Below, piece by piece: positions 63,537 through 64,000 of a stretch of 64,000 nt of DNA. Made by a program: the position numbers and the translations under genes. The first letter of the stretch is position 1. Each line of letters opens with the position of its first letter. This DNA comes from Marsupella aquatica. Its lineage: Eukaryota; Plantae; Marchantiophyta. Under the pieces are notes generated by a model. That model was not told where the DNA came from, searched no databases, and was given only the letters and a program-made list of their open reading frames with translations. The stretch lies in NCBI GenBank assembly GCA_973895155.1, contig OZ316895.1:18485880-18549879 (forward strand). The letters run 5' to 3'.

Positions 63537-63953
63537 CTACATCACTTTACATCCAAATCCGCTGCCAATTCCAAAAAGGGCAGAAACGATGGATAGATGA
63601 TGGATGGATGGCTGATGGATATAATGATAAGTCGAACATTGAGCCGAGCGTCTACTCGGGGTCAGCTTAGTTGATCCGGTACAAGAAGCCCTGGGGCGCA
63701 CAAGTACGGGTACAACAAAACTTATCGCAACCAGGAGAATGGCATATATAAAAGGTAGCAATCCCCACGACCAGAGTCCTCCCTTCTTTCCACTCTTTGT
63801 ACTGGTAGGAGAGTATCCAGAATAATCCTCCCCAACCCCAGCGAAGAAAGAAAGAAATAATAAACCCGCCTCTTTACCTCCGTCGTAATCTCCTTCCTGC
63901 TTCCTGTGAATAGATACGAATGGATAAATGACAGGAGGACCGTCTAAACACAA
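63537..63953 (-). other. Possible terminal exon with a hydrophobic segment; unassigned
   Basis: GLWSWGLLPFIYAILLVAISFVVPV is transmembrane-like; no family recognised and it is at the window edge. Confidence 0.2.
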
Positions 63954-64000
63954 CTTTCACAATACACACCCAAGCACTTTCGCTTTTCCCCAGTTATGCG

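Overview
Eukaryotic, plant-like, heavily transposon-nested DNA (a bryophyte or other early land plant is plausible but cannot be proven from sequence). About 1-40 kb is a stack of nested retroelements: a Ty3/gypsy integrase end, several copies of a very large LTR that itself contains a ~1,200-aa ORF, two full-length decayed L1-type LINEs with target-site duplications (TSDs), a second solo LTR and a Helitron fragment. A spliced pseudogene split by the first LINE encodes a bacterial-type beta-class amino (N4-C/N6-A) DNA methyltransferase-like fold, and its introns and 3' flank carry a dispersed 15-bp palindrome. About 40-64 kb holds a multi-exon organellar elongation factor P gene, tandem repeats, Helitron and non-LTR relics, a complete decayed Bianca-like Ty1/copia element and a DUF1639-like gene. 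The two most notable signals are (i) protein-coding ~4.7-kb LTRs, apparently in two diverged families, and (ii) the methyltransferase-like gene with its palindromic motif. All domain calls are by eye from motifs; no database search was run.
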